The notes beneath the pieces were generated by a model. That model was not told the DNA's origin. It saw only the letters and a list, made by a program, of their open reading frames with translations, and did not search any database. From Piromyces finnis finn (lineage: Eukaryota > Fungi > Neocallimastigomycota), in the NCBI GenBank assembly GCA_002104945.1, contig MCFH01000129.1, forward strand, positions 1 to 32,733: a stretch of 32,733 nt of DNA. The letters run 5' to 3'. Every line of letters begins with the position of its first letter. Position 1 is the first letter of the stretch. Both the position numbers and the translations under genes were made by a program. This document shows positions 13,579 through 25,600 of the stretch, piece after piece.

Positions 13579-15411
13579 ATGTCTACGGTCAAAGAAATGA
13601 ATGAGATATTGGAGGAGTGTATATTGTAAGTGATATAATAAAAATAATAATATTTATAAAATAAAAATTTTAGAGATAATTTATCTCATTAAAAAACAGA
13701 ATTTGAAAAGTGAGAATAGTTTCATTATTAACTATTTTATTATTAATTATTTAATATTAATTTTTAGATCCATAAATCCAACAACACTCGCAAATATTAC
13801 CACATCTAAATTAAATGCATACTATCAAGATGTCCAATTAGATATGAGAAGAGTTGTTTTAGTTCAAAATCTTTTCAATGATATCTATAATAATTGGACA
13901 GAATATCAAATTCGTTATCAACATCATCAAAAACAATTGAAGCAAAAGAATAAAAGACAAAGTCAATCAAGATCATCAAGAAGAAGATCACAAGCTGCTG
14001 CTGCTAAAGCAAAACGTCTTAGTTCTGCTAATAAAGAAAATATAAGATTAAATGATAATACACCATCTACCGAAAAGAATAATAAAAGCATTAATAATAA
14101 AAATAATGATAATAAAAATGATAATGATATTCCATTAGGTGTTTTATTAAAGAATAAACAATCCTCTGAAAACATAAAGAATAAAGAAAATAACAGTGAT
14201 AACAATGAAAAAGAAGACAATCCTAAAAGAATTTCAAGCCAAGATTATAGTCAACAAAATAGTGTTAAGGATTATAATCAACAACAAACTCAATCTCATC
14301 CATCCCAAGTAAATCAACAACAACAACAACAACAACCATCATTACAACAACAGTCATATTCTTCTCAATCATCCATGTCTCAAATTCAAGCATCTTCAAT
14401 TAGTTCTAGTCAACAGTCAATTTCTAATGATGTTCAACAACAACCACAACAAACACAACAAATACCAAATGGAATGTATCAACAACAGCAACAACAACCA
14501 CAACAAACACAACAAATACCAAATGGAATATATCAACAACAGCAACAACAGCCACAACAAACACAACAAATACCAAATGGAATGTATCAAAGTAATGAAG
14601 ATATTGTATATGATTCATATGTTGAAGACCTTAATGAAACCTCTCAATCATCTGATTCCGAATCTATGTCTTCTCCAGAAGATGAAAAGTTATACAAGAA
14701 TAACCTTAATACTGCTTTATTAAATTCAAATAATGGTTATATTAGCAGTGATTATGAAACAGAAGATTCTGAAGATGACTATGCTAGTAATTATGAAAGC
14801 GATTATGAAAAGATTAATACTAATAACCTAGCCTTTAACAATGGAATTAATAATTACAATCAACAAGAACCATACACTAATAATTACGATCAACAAGAAT
14901 CATATACCAATAATTACAGTCAACAAGAGCCTTACATTAATAATTACATGCAACAACAATCTCAAATACCAAATGATGATGGTAAAGAATTACGAAAGCA
15001 AAGATCATTTAGTGAAAGCCACATTGATGTAATGAATCCTACTGATAATAGAAATAATGAAGTAAAGTATAATAGAAAAGCTTCTGTTCCAAATCTTACA
15101 ATTAATACTTCCTTTAACGAACAAGATTCTGCTACAGCGGTTAATGATGCCAATAATTCTTATGTTATTAAGTCATATTCTATTCCACCAACAACAGAAA
15201 ATGCTTCTGGTAATGAAGCCACTTTACTTAATACTTCTGTTCAATCTCAAAATATTAACAGTCAATCCACTAATTTATTCATACCACCATTTGAATTAAA
15301 TGAAAATAACAGTATAATTTCACCAATCAAATTCTCATGGATGACAACCGATAGTGAAGAAGAAAGCGATCATAATGAAGAAAAGAATGGAAAACACTTT
15401 AATGAATATTC

Positions 15412-15461
<50 letters not shown>

Positions 15462-17281
15462 TAAATAGTATAAGTAATACTGATTCATCAATTCCACCAC
15501 CAACTAGAAATATTTCATTAAACCATTCTCTTCCAATTGTTCAAAATAACAATGTCAATAGTGATAATGGCTATGACAACATTAATAGTTCAGATAATTA
15601 TCTTAATAATAACAATCAATTCTCAACCCTTGAAAATTATGTTGTTAGATATCCATATTACGATGACAATGAAGAAGATAACTTCTTTAATAAAAATAAT
15701 TATTTATACAAACCACAAATTCATTTGGAAAAACAACAAATTGGTCAATTAGAACAATTACAATCCCAAATCCAACCAGAATACAAGGAACAAATCCAAC
15801 AATTACAACAACAACAAGAACAGTTAGTTATCAACACTAACCAAAACGAATTATTATCTGTACCAAAGTCAAAGGCATCACCAAGAAAGTCACCAAAGGT
15901 TCCAAAGATTATTATTCCAAAGGTTCAACCACCAGAAACTAAACTTATGAGTGATTATGCTGATGTTATGGATATTGTTTCCTTAATTCCAACCATTTTA
16001 GGAGAAAACATTGATATTCCTCCTGAACAATCTCCAATTCGTCAACATTTTGTTGCTCCATCACCAACATCAAAATCTGTACCAATTACTCCATTGTCTG
16101 AACAAATTAATGTTACCTCCAAACGTCACAATGAATACATTAAGAAGAAGGAAGTCACTTCATTAAAGAGACGTTCTTCATTAAAATACGAAAGTTACCA
16201 TGGATACGATGAATCTACTAATGATGGTTCTCCAGCCATTGTTTACTCTAATCCAGATACCAGTTGTAGTTTTAAAAGAAGTAGTAGTAACGGTAGTAGT
16301 CGTTTATCCATTAATACCGACGCACAACCCAAACAAACTATTAATAAAGCAAAATCACCTTTAGGTCTCAATGCTCCAATATTACCAATGATGATGGATT
16401 CCACTACAGCAGCTATGCTCGAAACTCATGGCAATTCACTTCTTTTACAACAAGATCATCCATCGATGAACAACACTTCTAATAATATGATGAATATGAG
16501 TTTCTCTGAAGGTGTTACCAATAAAATGAACCTTGGAAATACTGGTTCATCAGAGTTACAAGATACTTCATTTACTAACATATTACCAAGAAAGGCCGAT
16601 AATAGACGTCATACCGTAATGAGTGAAAATATGGAACTTAATGGTGAGAAGCGTGAAAGACGTCATCGTTCTAGAAGACATTCCCATTCTCGTCATAGAA
16701 GTATGCGTCCGGAAGGAGGTGAAGGAGGTGACCGTGAACGTCGTGAAAGAAGACATTCTAGACGTCCAGATGAAACAGAAAGTGAACGCCGTGAAAGACA
16801 TAGAAGATCTCGTCGTCCAATAACTATTATTGATGAAAATGGTTTAGAAAAGGTTGTTTATAAACGTCGTCATCATCACCATCGTTCTAGTCGTTATGTC
16901 GAAGGGGAAGCAGGTGGTGAAGAAAGGCCAGAAAAGCCAAGTTCTTCTTCTAGTCATAGACATTCTCGTCATAGACAATCCGTTGCTGTTGGAGAACAAC
17001 AACAACATCGTCATCATTCTCATTCTCATAGTCGTCTCAGATCTAAGCATCAATCTATAGCTCCAAGCAATGCTAGCCCATCCTTGGACTATTCAATCGG
17101 AGGAAATTCATTTAGTTTAGAAACAAGATCATTATCTGAAGTACCACCACCAAAATATAATACTAATCCTAATATCAATAACAATGCTTCCACTACCATA
17201 AATAACAATTCAACCAACCTACCTACACAAGAAATAAACGATTTCTTTGATAATATATTTAAGCTTAACTGGTCATTGTAA
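13579..17281 (+). CDS. Large low-complexity protein, 1186 aa, with an N-terminal SERTA/Ecm13-like helical motif, Q- and N-rich repeats and an R/H/S-rich C-terminus: join(13579..13625,13768..17281)
   Basis: Exon 1 MSTVKEMNEILEECIL ends at a GTAAGT donor and splices to a TTTTAG acceptor in frame with the 3.5-kb ORF. The ORF-track start at 13703 lies in the intron. The domain label is motif inference only. Confidence 0.88.
14435..14590 (+). repeat. 54-bp coding tandem repeat x3 (PQQTQQIPNG[M/I]YQQQQQQ)
   Basis: ccaaatggaat recurs at 14465, 14519 and 14573. Confidence 0.9.
14849..14959 (+). repeat. 30-bp coding tandem repeat, about 3.5 copies (NNYxQQExY[T/I])
   Basis: aataattac recurs every 30 bp: NNYNQQEPYT, NNYDQQESYT, NNYSQQEPYI, NNYMQQQ. 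Confidence 0.85.
15416..15457 (+). repeat. (AAT)14 coding microsatellite (poly-Asn)
   Basis: Pure AAT run in frame within the 1186-aa gene. Confidence 0.9.
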
Positions 17282-17617
17282 GTTTAATTAGCAAGGATAT
17301 ATATATGTTATTATCAATATAAAAGAAAAAGAATATAAGTAATGATGGGTATACCTTTATAACAAAATTAAAAGAGATAAATATATATTATATTCATCCA
17401 TAGATAATATATACTATTTATAATTTATAATTACATACTACCTACCTATATACATATAATAAATATAAATATTATTATCTATCAAGGTATTATAAAAAAT
17501 AATGTATTAACGCTATTTTCAATCCTTTTTTTTTTAAAAAACGTTTTTTTTATAAAAAATTTCATTATTTTTGATACTCAAAACATAAATAAAACAAATA
17601 AACAAAACCAAAAAGAG

Positions 17618-17696
<79 letters not shown>

Positions 17697-17710
17697 ATAC
17701 ATAAATAAAT
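17618..17710. repeat. (TAAA)n microsatellite
   Basis: Long, nearly perfect taaa array in the convergent intergenic spacer. Confidence 0.92.
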
Positions 17711-17889
17711 AATTTATAATAAAATAAATATATAATAAAATAAATAAATAAATTAAAAAATAAAATAAAAATAAAATAATATTACTTTTTGTAATAATAA
17801 AATAGAAGAAAAAGATATATAAATAATAAAAGATATTTGTATAACACAAACAATTAATAAATATTTATTTTTTTTAACATACTTTTTTT

Positions 17890-17908
17890 TTTCTTTTCTT
17901 TCTTTATT

Positions 17909-17943
<35 letters not shown>

Positions 17944-17963
17944 AAATAAATAAATAAATAAAA

Positions 17964-18002
<39 letters not shown>

Positions 18003-18197
18003 AAAATAAATAAATAAAATAAATAAATAAATAAATAAATAAAATAAATAAAATAAATAAAATAAATAAAATAAATAAAATAAATAAATAAATAAATAAA
18101 ATAAATAAATAAATAAATAAAATAAATAAAATAAATAAAATAAATAAAATAAATAAAATAAATAAATAAATAAATAAAATAAATAAATAAATAAATA
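17890..18197. repeat. Compound microsatellite: (TTTC)n joined directly to (TAAA)n/(TAAAA) array
   Basis: tttc units at about 17890-17942 are followed by about 255 bp of mixed 4- and 5-bp A-rich units. Confidence 0.9.
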
Positions 18198-18518
18198 ATA
18201 CCAATGATTAATGCCTAAAAATATTTTAAAATTAAAATATTTATTATGTATATGCAATACAGAAGAAAGAATTAAATATTATAAGCATATATTATATCTC
18301 TACATACAAAAATATTTCTTTATATGATTTTTCATAAACACTATAAATAAAATACGTTATATGTTATATGGCGATAAACACAAATTATTAATTATATTTT
18401 TTAATCTATTTGTTATGAACTCATAATTACAGATAAAATTATATAAACTATCTAGATAATGAAATACTATATATATATTGATAAAAATATAATATATATA
18501 TTATATTTTTAATGTAGT

Positions 18519-21500
18519 TTATGTTGAGATGTATTCTACATAAGATTCTGGTATTAAACCAATACGACCATTTGTTTCATTTTTAACCTAATGATAATAA
18601 TTAAAAAAAAAAATAAATTAAAATTTATTTACCTATATTGTTTTTTTTTATTAAAAATAAATTTCTAATTATTATATTTACCTTTATCCATCCTGGTTCA
18701 GAATTTTCAATAAAAGTAACAATATCATTATGAGTTACTGTTAATTCTTCATCCATTTGACCAGTATAATCATATATAACCTTTGCTTGCTTTATTACCT
18801 CCATAAATGGTGAACTATAATCATTATTTGATGTAGTATAGTTTCCTTCTTTTTTATCTGATGAATTAGAAGGAACTAAATAATTTGCTGGTACTAAACC
18901 TGTACCAGACGAACAAGAAACCTTTATCCATCCGTCTCCTTTATCTTTAGATAAAAATATTTATAGTGATATATACAAAATAATATTTATTAAATAAACG
19001 ACTTTTTTTTATATTTAAATTTTTTTTTTTTTATATACCTGGTTCTATTATAGTAACTTCTTCACCCGCATGTAGATCAACCTCATCATTTATTTGTTTT
19101 GTGTAGTCATAAGCCGCTATCATGGTTGGTAAATCAATTTGAAGATCACTTGAGCTAGAGAATGGGTTAGCACCTAGGTTTTTTTTTTTATAAAATAATT
19201 GTAAATATGATTTTTTTTAAAATAAAAAAAAATTTTTTTTTTTAAATATTATATATATATACTATCTAAAACATCATCATCATCATCGTCGGTATCATCT
19301 TCCAAGAATGGATTTTTAGTTTTTGATGTTGGTTGAACACCTTTTTTTATAAAATATAGGATAAAAATATAGTGATTTTTTTTTTTTTTTTGGTATTATA
19401 AGTTATTTAAATAGGCCATTTTTTTTTCGAATATTTTAAATAAATTATAGAATTAGATATACTTTTTGATGAATAAGTTGATAATTGAGACACTGTAACT
19501 GAAGTTGGTATAGTCGATATACTTTCTAATAATTTATAATATTGATAATGTATATATATGTATATATATATATATAAAGAAAAACTTTAATTTATTTATT
19601 ATATATAATATAATTATAATCATATATTATTAGTATTATTGAACTTTTTTCGGAAGAAGGGTATGAAGAAATTGTTGCTCTTTTGTTTTTTGGCAACTTT
19701 TGTTTAGTACAGTTTGGTGGAACATTTAATTCACATTTAAGGTGACATGAATAACCACATTCACGACAGGATAAACCTTTTCTCCATAAAGATTCACCAC
19801 AACATGAACATACAGTTTGTTTTATAAAGTTTTTATTTTTGAAATTATGTGGAATGATTTCCATTTCAGTACCACCTATAGCTTCTGAAATTGCATTGAT
19901 TTGAACTTCACATTTTAATTCCTCTAATTGTAAAAGTGCTATTTCTTTTTTAGCATCAACAACCTTTTGATAAATTTCATTTGGATCACCAAATGAAGGA
20001 GTTGCTTTATATGTTTGATAGACACTATTTATTCCTTCTAATTCTTTATTCTTTGAATTAATATCATCTTTAATGATACTCAGATTTTGTTGTAATTTTA
20101 ATGATGTATTCCTAAGGAATGTTATCGCATTTATATCCTTTGTATATATATCCCCTGTTGTTTTCCATAATGGAATGGTGGCAAAGGTTTTAACTTCCGG
20201 TGATTTCCATTCCTTTTTATTATATTGGATAAATAAAGCAATATCGTTTGATAAATCTATTTTATTACTATAGTCTACAGTTTTGTTATTAGTGGATTTT
20301 AATTTTTCCATTAATTCATTTTCACTATCTAAATAATCTTTACAAATTGATTTGTAATATTCTACAAGTGATTCGTGCAATTCTTGCATATTCTTTATAT
20401 ATATATATTAAGTTATATATTAGTTTTTTTTTTGCATGCTTTGTAATATCATTTGAATTTTATAATAGTTTTCTTTTCAAAAATTTATTTCTTATTTCAT
20501 ATTTACTACTACATACGTCAAGAACATTTTTATTTTCCACATTAACTAATTTATCATTATAGGCGTTAGCAACTTTAATTGATAATATATACATATTCTG
20601 AAAATAATTAAAATTATAGTTAAAAAAAATTATTTAATTTTAATATTTTAAATTTATTGAGGTTTCCTTTTTAAATATATCCATAACCATATTACCATTT
20701 TATTATTCATATCAATTATATTTTGATCATAGATTTTTTTAGACTGTTAGATATTTATTTAAAGAAATTTTAATATTTTATCCAATAAAATATAGTAATT
20801 TTGTGAATAGTTATTATTATTTTATTTTATTTTTATTTACTTTTTCATCTTCATTTTTTTCAATTTTTTTTTTCATTGCATCTGTATTGTTACACGCTTC
20901 ACGAAATTTGGTTTCATTCTTCGGTTATATATATATATATATATATTATATTAATATAATATTTTCATTTTTTTTTAATTTATTTAATTCAATTTATAAT
21001 ACGTAAATCTAATAAATTTATAATATTACTTTATCGGCTTCCGTACACATGTTTGTAATTTCAGTATTAATTCTTGATGAATAATCCAAATGCTTGTATA
21101 AATATAATATAATATATAAATATATATATTATAAATTTATTTTTATTATTATTATATATATTATGTTAGAGGTACCTTTTTTCTTATTTCTTCTTTTTTT
21201 ACTACGGATAATTTTATATTTTCTGATAAAGAATTTAATTTTTCAACATAATCATTTCTATCTTTTATACTTTCTTCGAATTTTTTTAAAAATTTATCAT
21301 AAGATTTTTGAAAGGTTGAACTATATTAATGTTTAAAAAAAAAAAAAAAAAAAAAAAAGAAAATTAAAAAGTTTTTCTTAAAAAGGAATTTTATTTTGAA
21401 TGGCATTTTTTTTTGTTTAATCCCATTCTTTTTATAATTGTTTTTATTTTAAGGTTTACTCTATATTAAAAAATATTTACTTTTTTGGAATGACTGTATC

Positions 21501-21920
21501 ACCATTTGGTAATTTTACACTTCCTACAGTTAGGGTTAATCCTCTTTTATCATTCTTTTGAGAACATTTTTTTTGTAAGTTTTCTAATTTATGAATATAA
21601 TCTTTTTCTATGCTAATTCTTTCTTTAATTGTATCTCTGTTTTAAAAAAAATAATAAAAAAAAGTGTATTTTAATTAATATTTATTTAATAGATTGCATT
21701 ATTCTATAGTTAAAAAAAATATTTTTTTATTTTATTTTATATATTACCGAAATTCTTGTATAAATGCTAAATCTTTGATTAGAAGTAGAAAAAAAATTAT
21801 TTAATATATAAATTCTTTTAATTCATGTTATATGTTGCTTATAATTAAATTTATTAATTTACCATTTATAAGGTATGAATTTACTGCTTGAATATCTTGA
21901 AGTTCACTTCCAAAACTCAT
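18519..21920 (-). CDS. BZZ1: BZZ1-like endocytic adaptor (F-BAR, C1, two SH3), 669 aa, 14 exons: complement(join(18519..18587,18682..18944,19039..19173,19263..19340,19463..19525,19645..20392,20517..20597,20696..20743,20841..20918,21030..21092,21176..21320,21481..21636,21748..21772,21863..21920))
   Basis: The N-terminus MSFGSELQD...ERISIEKDYIHKLE is FCH/F-BAR-like. The C1 domain reads HNFKNKNFIKQTVCSCCGESLWRKGLSCRECGYSCHLKCELNVPPNC. SH3-1 is AAYDYTKQINDEVDL...GDGWIKV...GLVPANYL and SH3-2 is VIYDYTGQMDEELTV...PGWIKV...GLIPESYV. This domain order is the Bzz1 architecture. The spliced length is 2010 nt; one donor (19644) is weak. Confidence 0.87.
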
Positions 21921-22683
21921 GATTTAGATTAGATCATAAAACGATTTTATTATTATTATTATTATTATTTATTTTTAAAATTTCAAAATAATTAAGGATA
22001 AATAATTTTGAAAAAAGTATTAAAATGAAATTGTGTTTTTTATCTCTTTTTTTATTTAGAAAAAAAAAAAACAAGATAATAGCTTAAATTTTTTTTTAAA
22101 AAAAAAAGCTAATAAATCTATAAAGAATTATTTAAATATGAAATATTAAATAGTTTATATAAATAATTTTATATCTTATTAATCGTTCTTAAAAAATAAT
22201 AAAAAATGACTTTGGATTTCATTATTCTTATTTCAATTAACATATTAATTCTTTTTTTCTACTGTCATTTTATTATATTTTAAAGTTTCGGACTTTTAAA
22301 CTTTAAAATAAGTTTTTTATCCCCTTTACTTTTATGAAAAAGTGCTAATAAAATATTTGATTTTAAAATTTAAAAAAATTTAAAAGTTTATTAATATATA
22401 ATTAAATAAATATTAATATTGAGTATGGATTATGTATAATGATTTTAAAAGCTATACACTAAACCTTAATATATATATATTTTCCCTTTTTTTATTTAAT
22501 ATTTTTTAGTACTTTTTTTTTTTTTTTATAAATTTTTTTTATATTCAAATTTTAAAAAATCGAGAAAATTAAATGAAAATCTAAAATAAAAGATATATAT
22601 GTTTTGATATTAATTTATTGAAATATTACAGTATTTTTATTTTTTTTTTTTTGTTAAGAGATATATAAAGGTAGATATACATT

Positions 22684-25600
22684 ATGGATACTGATATCAG
22701 TAATGAATCAGAATCTTATGATGAAAACCTTGAGGAAGAATTAAAAATAGAAGAAGAAAATGGAAGTGTAAATTATGATGATCAAATAAACTTAATATCG
22801 CTAGTATCAGATGAATCTCTTAAAGAAGAAAAAATAAAATCAGGAAAAAATAGTATTGATAATATAGATTTAAAAGATGATCAATTAAATAATAATATTC
22901 GAAATGAATCAACACCATCAAAAGAAATTTCATTGGAAAATAAAGAGGAAGATTATAAATGGAGTGAACATTCATTACAAGGTTCCAATCTTTCAAATAG
23001 TTTACATGAACGAGAAGTTGATATAGATGAAGGTGATATTGTATTAAAGTCAATAAATGGTATTAAAAAAGATGAAAATGGTTTTATCATGAATTCAAGT
23101 GAATCAAAAAAATCAAAAAAATCACTTTACGGTAGTGGATATTTTGGTAGTAATAGTCAAATTGCAAGAAGTAATAAAGAATTATATAAAAATATTGTTC
23201 AGAAAAGATATCCACTAGGAAATAAAAATTATGAAGTAAAACCTCGTACTCCTATTACTGAAGAAACAATACCATCAGAAGTTAAAGCACAAGAAATATA
23301 TGAAGAACAACAAAGTTCATTTTCAAAAGGTACTATTCATTATCATTTACAAGACCCTGTAGAATCACAAAATTTTCCAAATAAAAGAGAGAAAGTTAGG
23401 TATATTGAATGTAATATGTTTAATTCTAAATCTTCTGTAATACTGGATAAACTTACGGATGATACAATTAAGAAAAAAAGTGATCGATGGTTATGTTCAT
23501 CTTATTTAAATAATGAAAAATATAAAAAAAACTTTGATGTTGATATAAATAATCTTTCAGTTCAAGTTCTAGCACAGGAATTTTTAACAAATGAAAAAGT
23601 TGACTTGGAAACTAGAGCATACCTTTTAGAATCCGTTTTTCCAATTCTCTGTGTTAGTTTAGAAAAATTATTAATGGAAATTGATAGAAGAAAAATTATT
23701 GAAAATGATGAAAAACCTTCTGAATTTGTTGTAGAACGTGATCATAATGCAATACCAAGAGATGTTCCATTTGATTCTATAAATTGGTTAGGTAAAATGT
23801 TTATTTTTAAAAAATAATATATAATAACTTTTAATATAATTAAAAGAAAATCTAAAAAAAAAGTGGAATTATTATTGAATATTTTTTTAAAAAATTTTTT
23901 ATGTATTAATGTTTAATAATTTTTAAAAAAAATATTATTTTGATACTCAATATTTTATGCCAATAATATATATAAATTTTAAAATTTCAGCTCAATATCT
24001 CTATCGTAATAATCCTAAATATTCAAATTTTACCGATGCTACATCAACACCATATCTTAAATCTATTAAATCAGTGTTGACAACATTGAAAGCAAAATTA
24101 TTTGAAATGGATGTTAATAAAAAGGCATTTGAACGTGCAGATGAACTAGCCAAAAAAAGAGAAGAAGAACGACAACAAAAAATTATGGAAGCACTATATA
24201 TTGAAAAGAAAAAAACTTATAGTAATTTATTATCATCTCTTTATAAGCAATGGGTGAGAAAAAAGTGGAGAAAAGAAAGTGACTTATATTTAACACAATT
24301 CGAAATTGTAAATATTTATTAACATAATATTGTTTTTGTAATGTTATATATTCTAATAGTATAAAATTGTATATATATTTCGTTAGAAAAAAAAATAATA
24401 AAGATATTTATTTCTTTTTTTAATTTTTTAATAAATAACAATAGATTGATTGTTTTAAAACTATTTATTCAACTTATGAGCCTTCAAAGGATTCAGATGA
24501 TTTTAAAGAAAAAATGGATAAATTAATTCAGAGTATTATTGTTGAATTTGACACTATAATCAACAAAAGTAAAGATAATAAGGAAAATAATGATGACCTT
24601 AAAATCGAAGAAATAGATGAACCAGTAGAAAATAATAAAGATAATATAAATGAACAAGATAATAATAATACTAACAATGCTGAGAATAAGACTGTGGCAA
24701 ATACTGAAACGAATAGTAATGAAAATATTAATGGAAATAATAACAATATCAATATTTCAAATGATGGTGAAATAAATGATGAAAATAAAAATTTAATTAA
24801 AGAGAATGATGAAAATCATATCATTCAAAATGAAACTGAAAATATAAAAGAAGATAATAAAGATAAAAATAATGTTTCTGAAAATAAAGATCAAATAAGC
24901 TTAGAAAATAATTCATCTTTAAAAGAAACCCAAAATAAATCTGATAACAATAATGAAAATTGTAAAGAGCTTCATATTTCACAAGAAGATTTTATAGATA
25001 TCATTCTAAATAATATAATGGAGTGGAAAATTGAAGATGTTTCTCAATTACTTTCTTTAATCATTGAAAATGCAAAATTAGAAGAAACTGAAATGAATAG
25101 AATATATGAAATTATTTGTAAACTTCCAGGACTTTTACTTCTTGGAAATGATTGGAAAAAATTTATTGAAAGTAATTATGAAAAATTAGAATTACCATTA
25201 TATTTTGTAGATAATAAAGATAATGAAAAAAGGACAAATTCTTCAGATGGAGAAGAGGAAGAGACTAAAAATGATAATATAATAGAAGATCAAATCAATA
25301 TTAATGATGATAGCTTTGGTATAAATGAAATTAAATCGTTAGAACTTCGAAGAAATATAAAAATAATTGATGATATTTGTACAATAATTATATCTGAACA
25401 TAATGATAAAAAGGAAAATAATGACGATAATACTGATGATAATGTGGAGGCTGAAAAAACAGCAACAACCAATAACAATATATATGATGATATTAATGAT
25501 GAAAAAGAAAAAGAAATATTTAATATTACCCCACTATTTAATAAATCTGTAGAGAGACTCATTGATTATTTGAAATATAATAAAATTAATATAAAAGAGT

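Noticed and set aside
13703-13767. ORF-track N-terminus MKSENSFIINYFIINYLILIFR, resembling a signal or membrane anchor
   Set aside because: It is intron sequence (TTG start). The supported start is exon 1 at 13579, so there is no evidence for secretion.
14435-14590. Regularly spaced direct repeats considered as a CRISPR-like array
   Set aside because: The units are contiguous, in frame and coding, with no unique spacers, in a eukaryotic gene.
16583-17060. Several short ORFs on both strands in the higher-GC block
   Set aside because: Shadows of the R/H-rich coding region, where higher GC lowers stop frequency. There is no independent evidence for overprinting.
17565-18257. Three ORFs of (LFIY)n and (LFI)n peptides
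   Set aside because: Translations of TAAA microsatellites, which lack stops on the - strand.
24528-25562. Antisense ORFs 24528..24752 and 25290..25562
   Set aside because: Shadows of the N/E/D-rich linkers in the EFCAB5-like gene.
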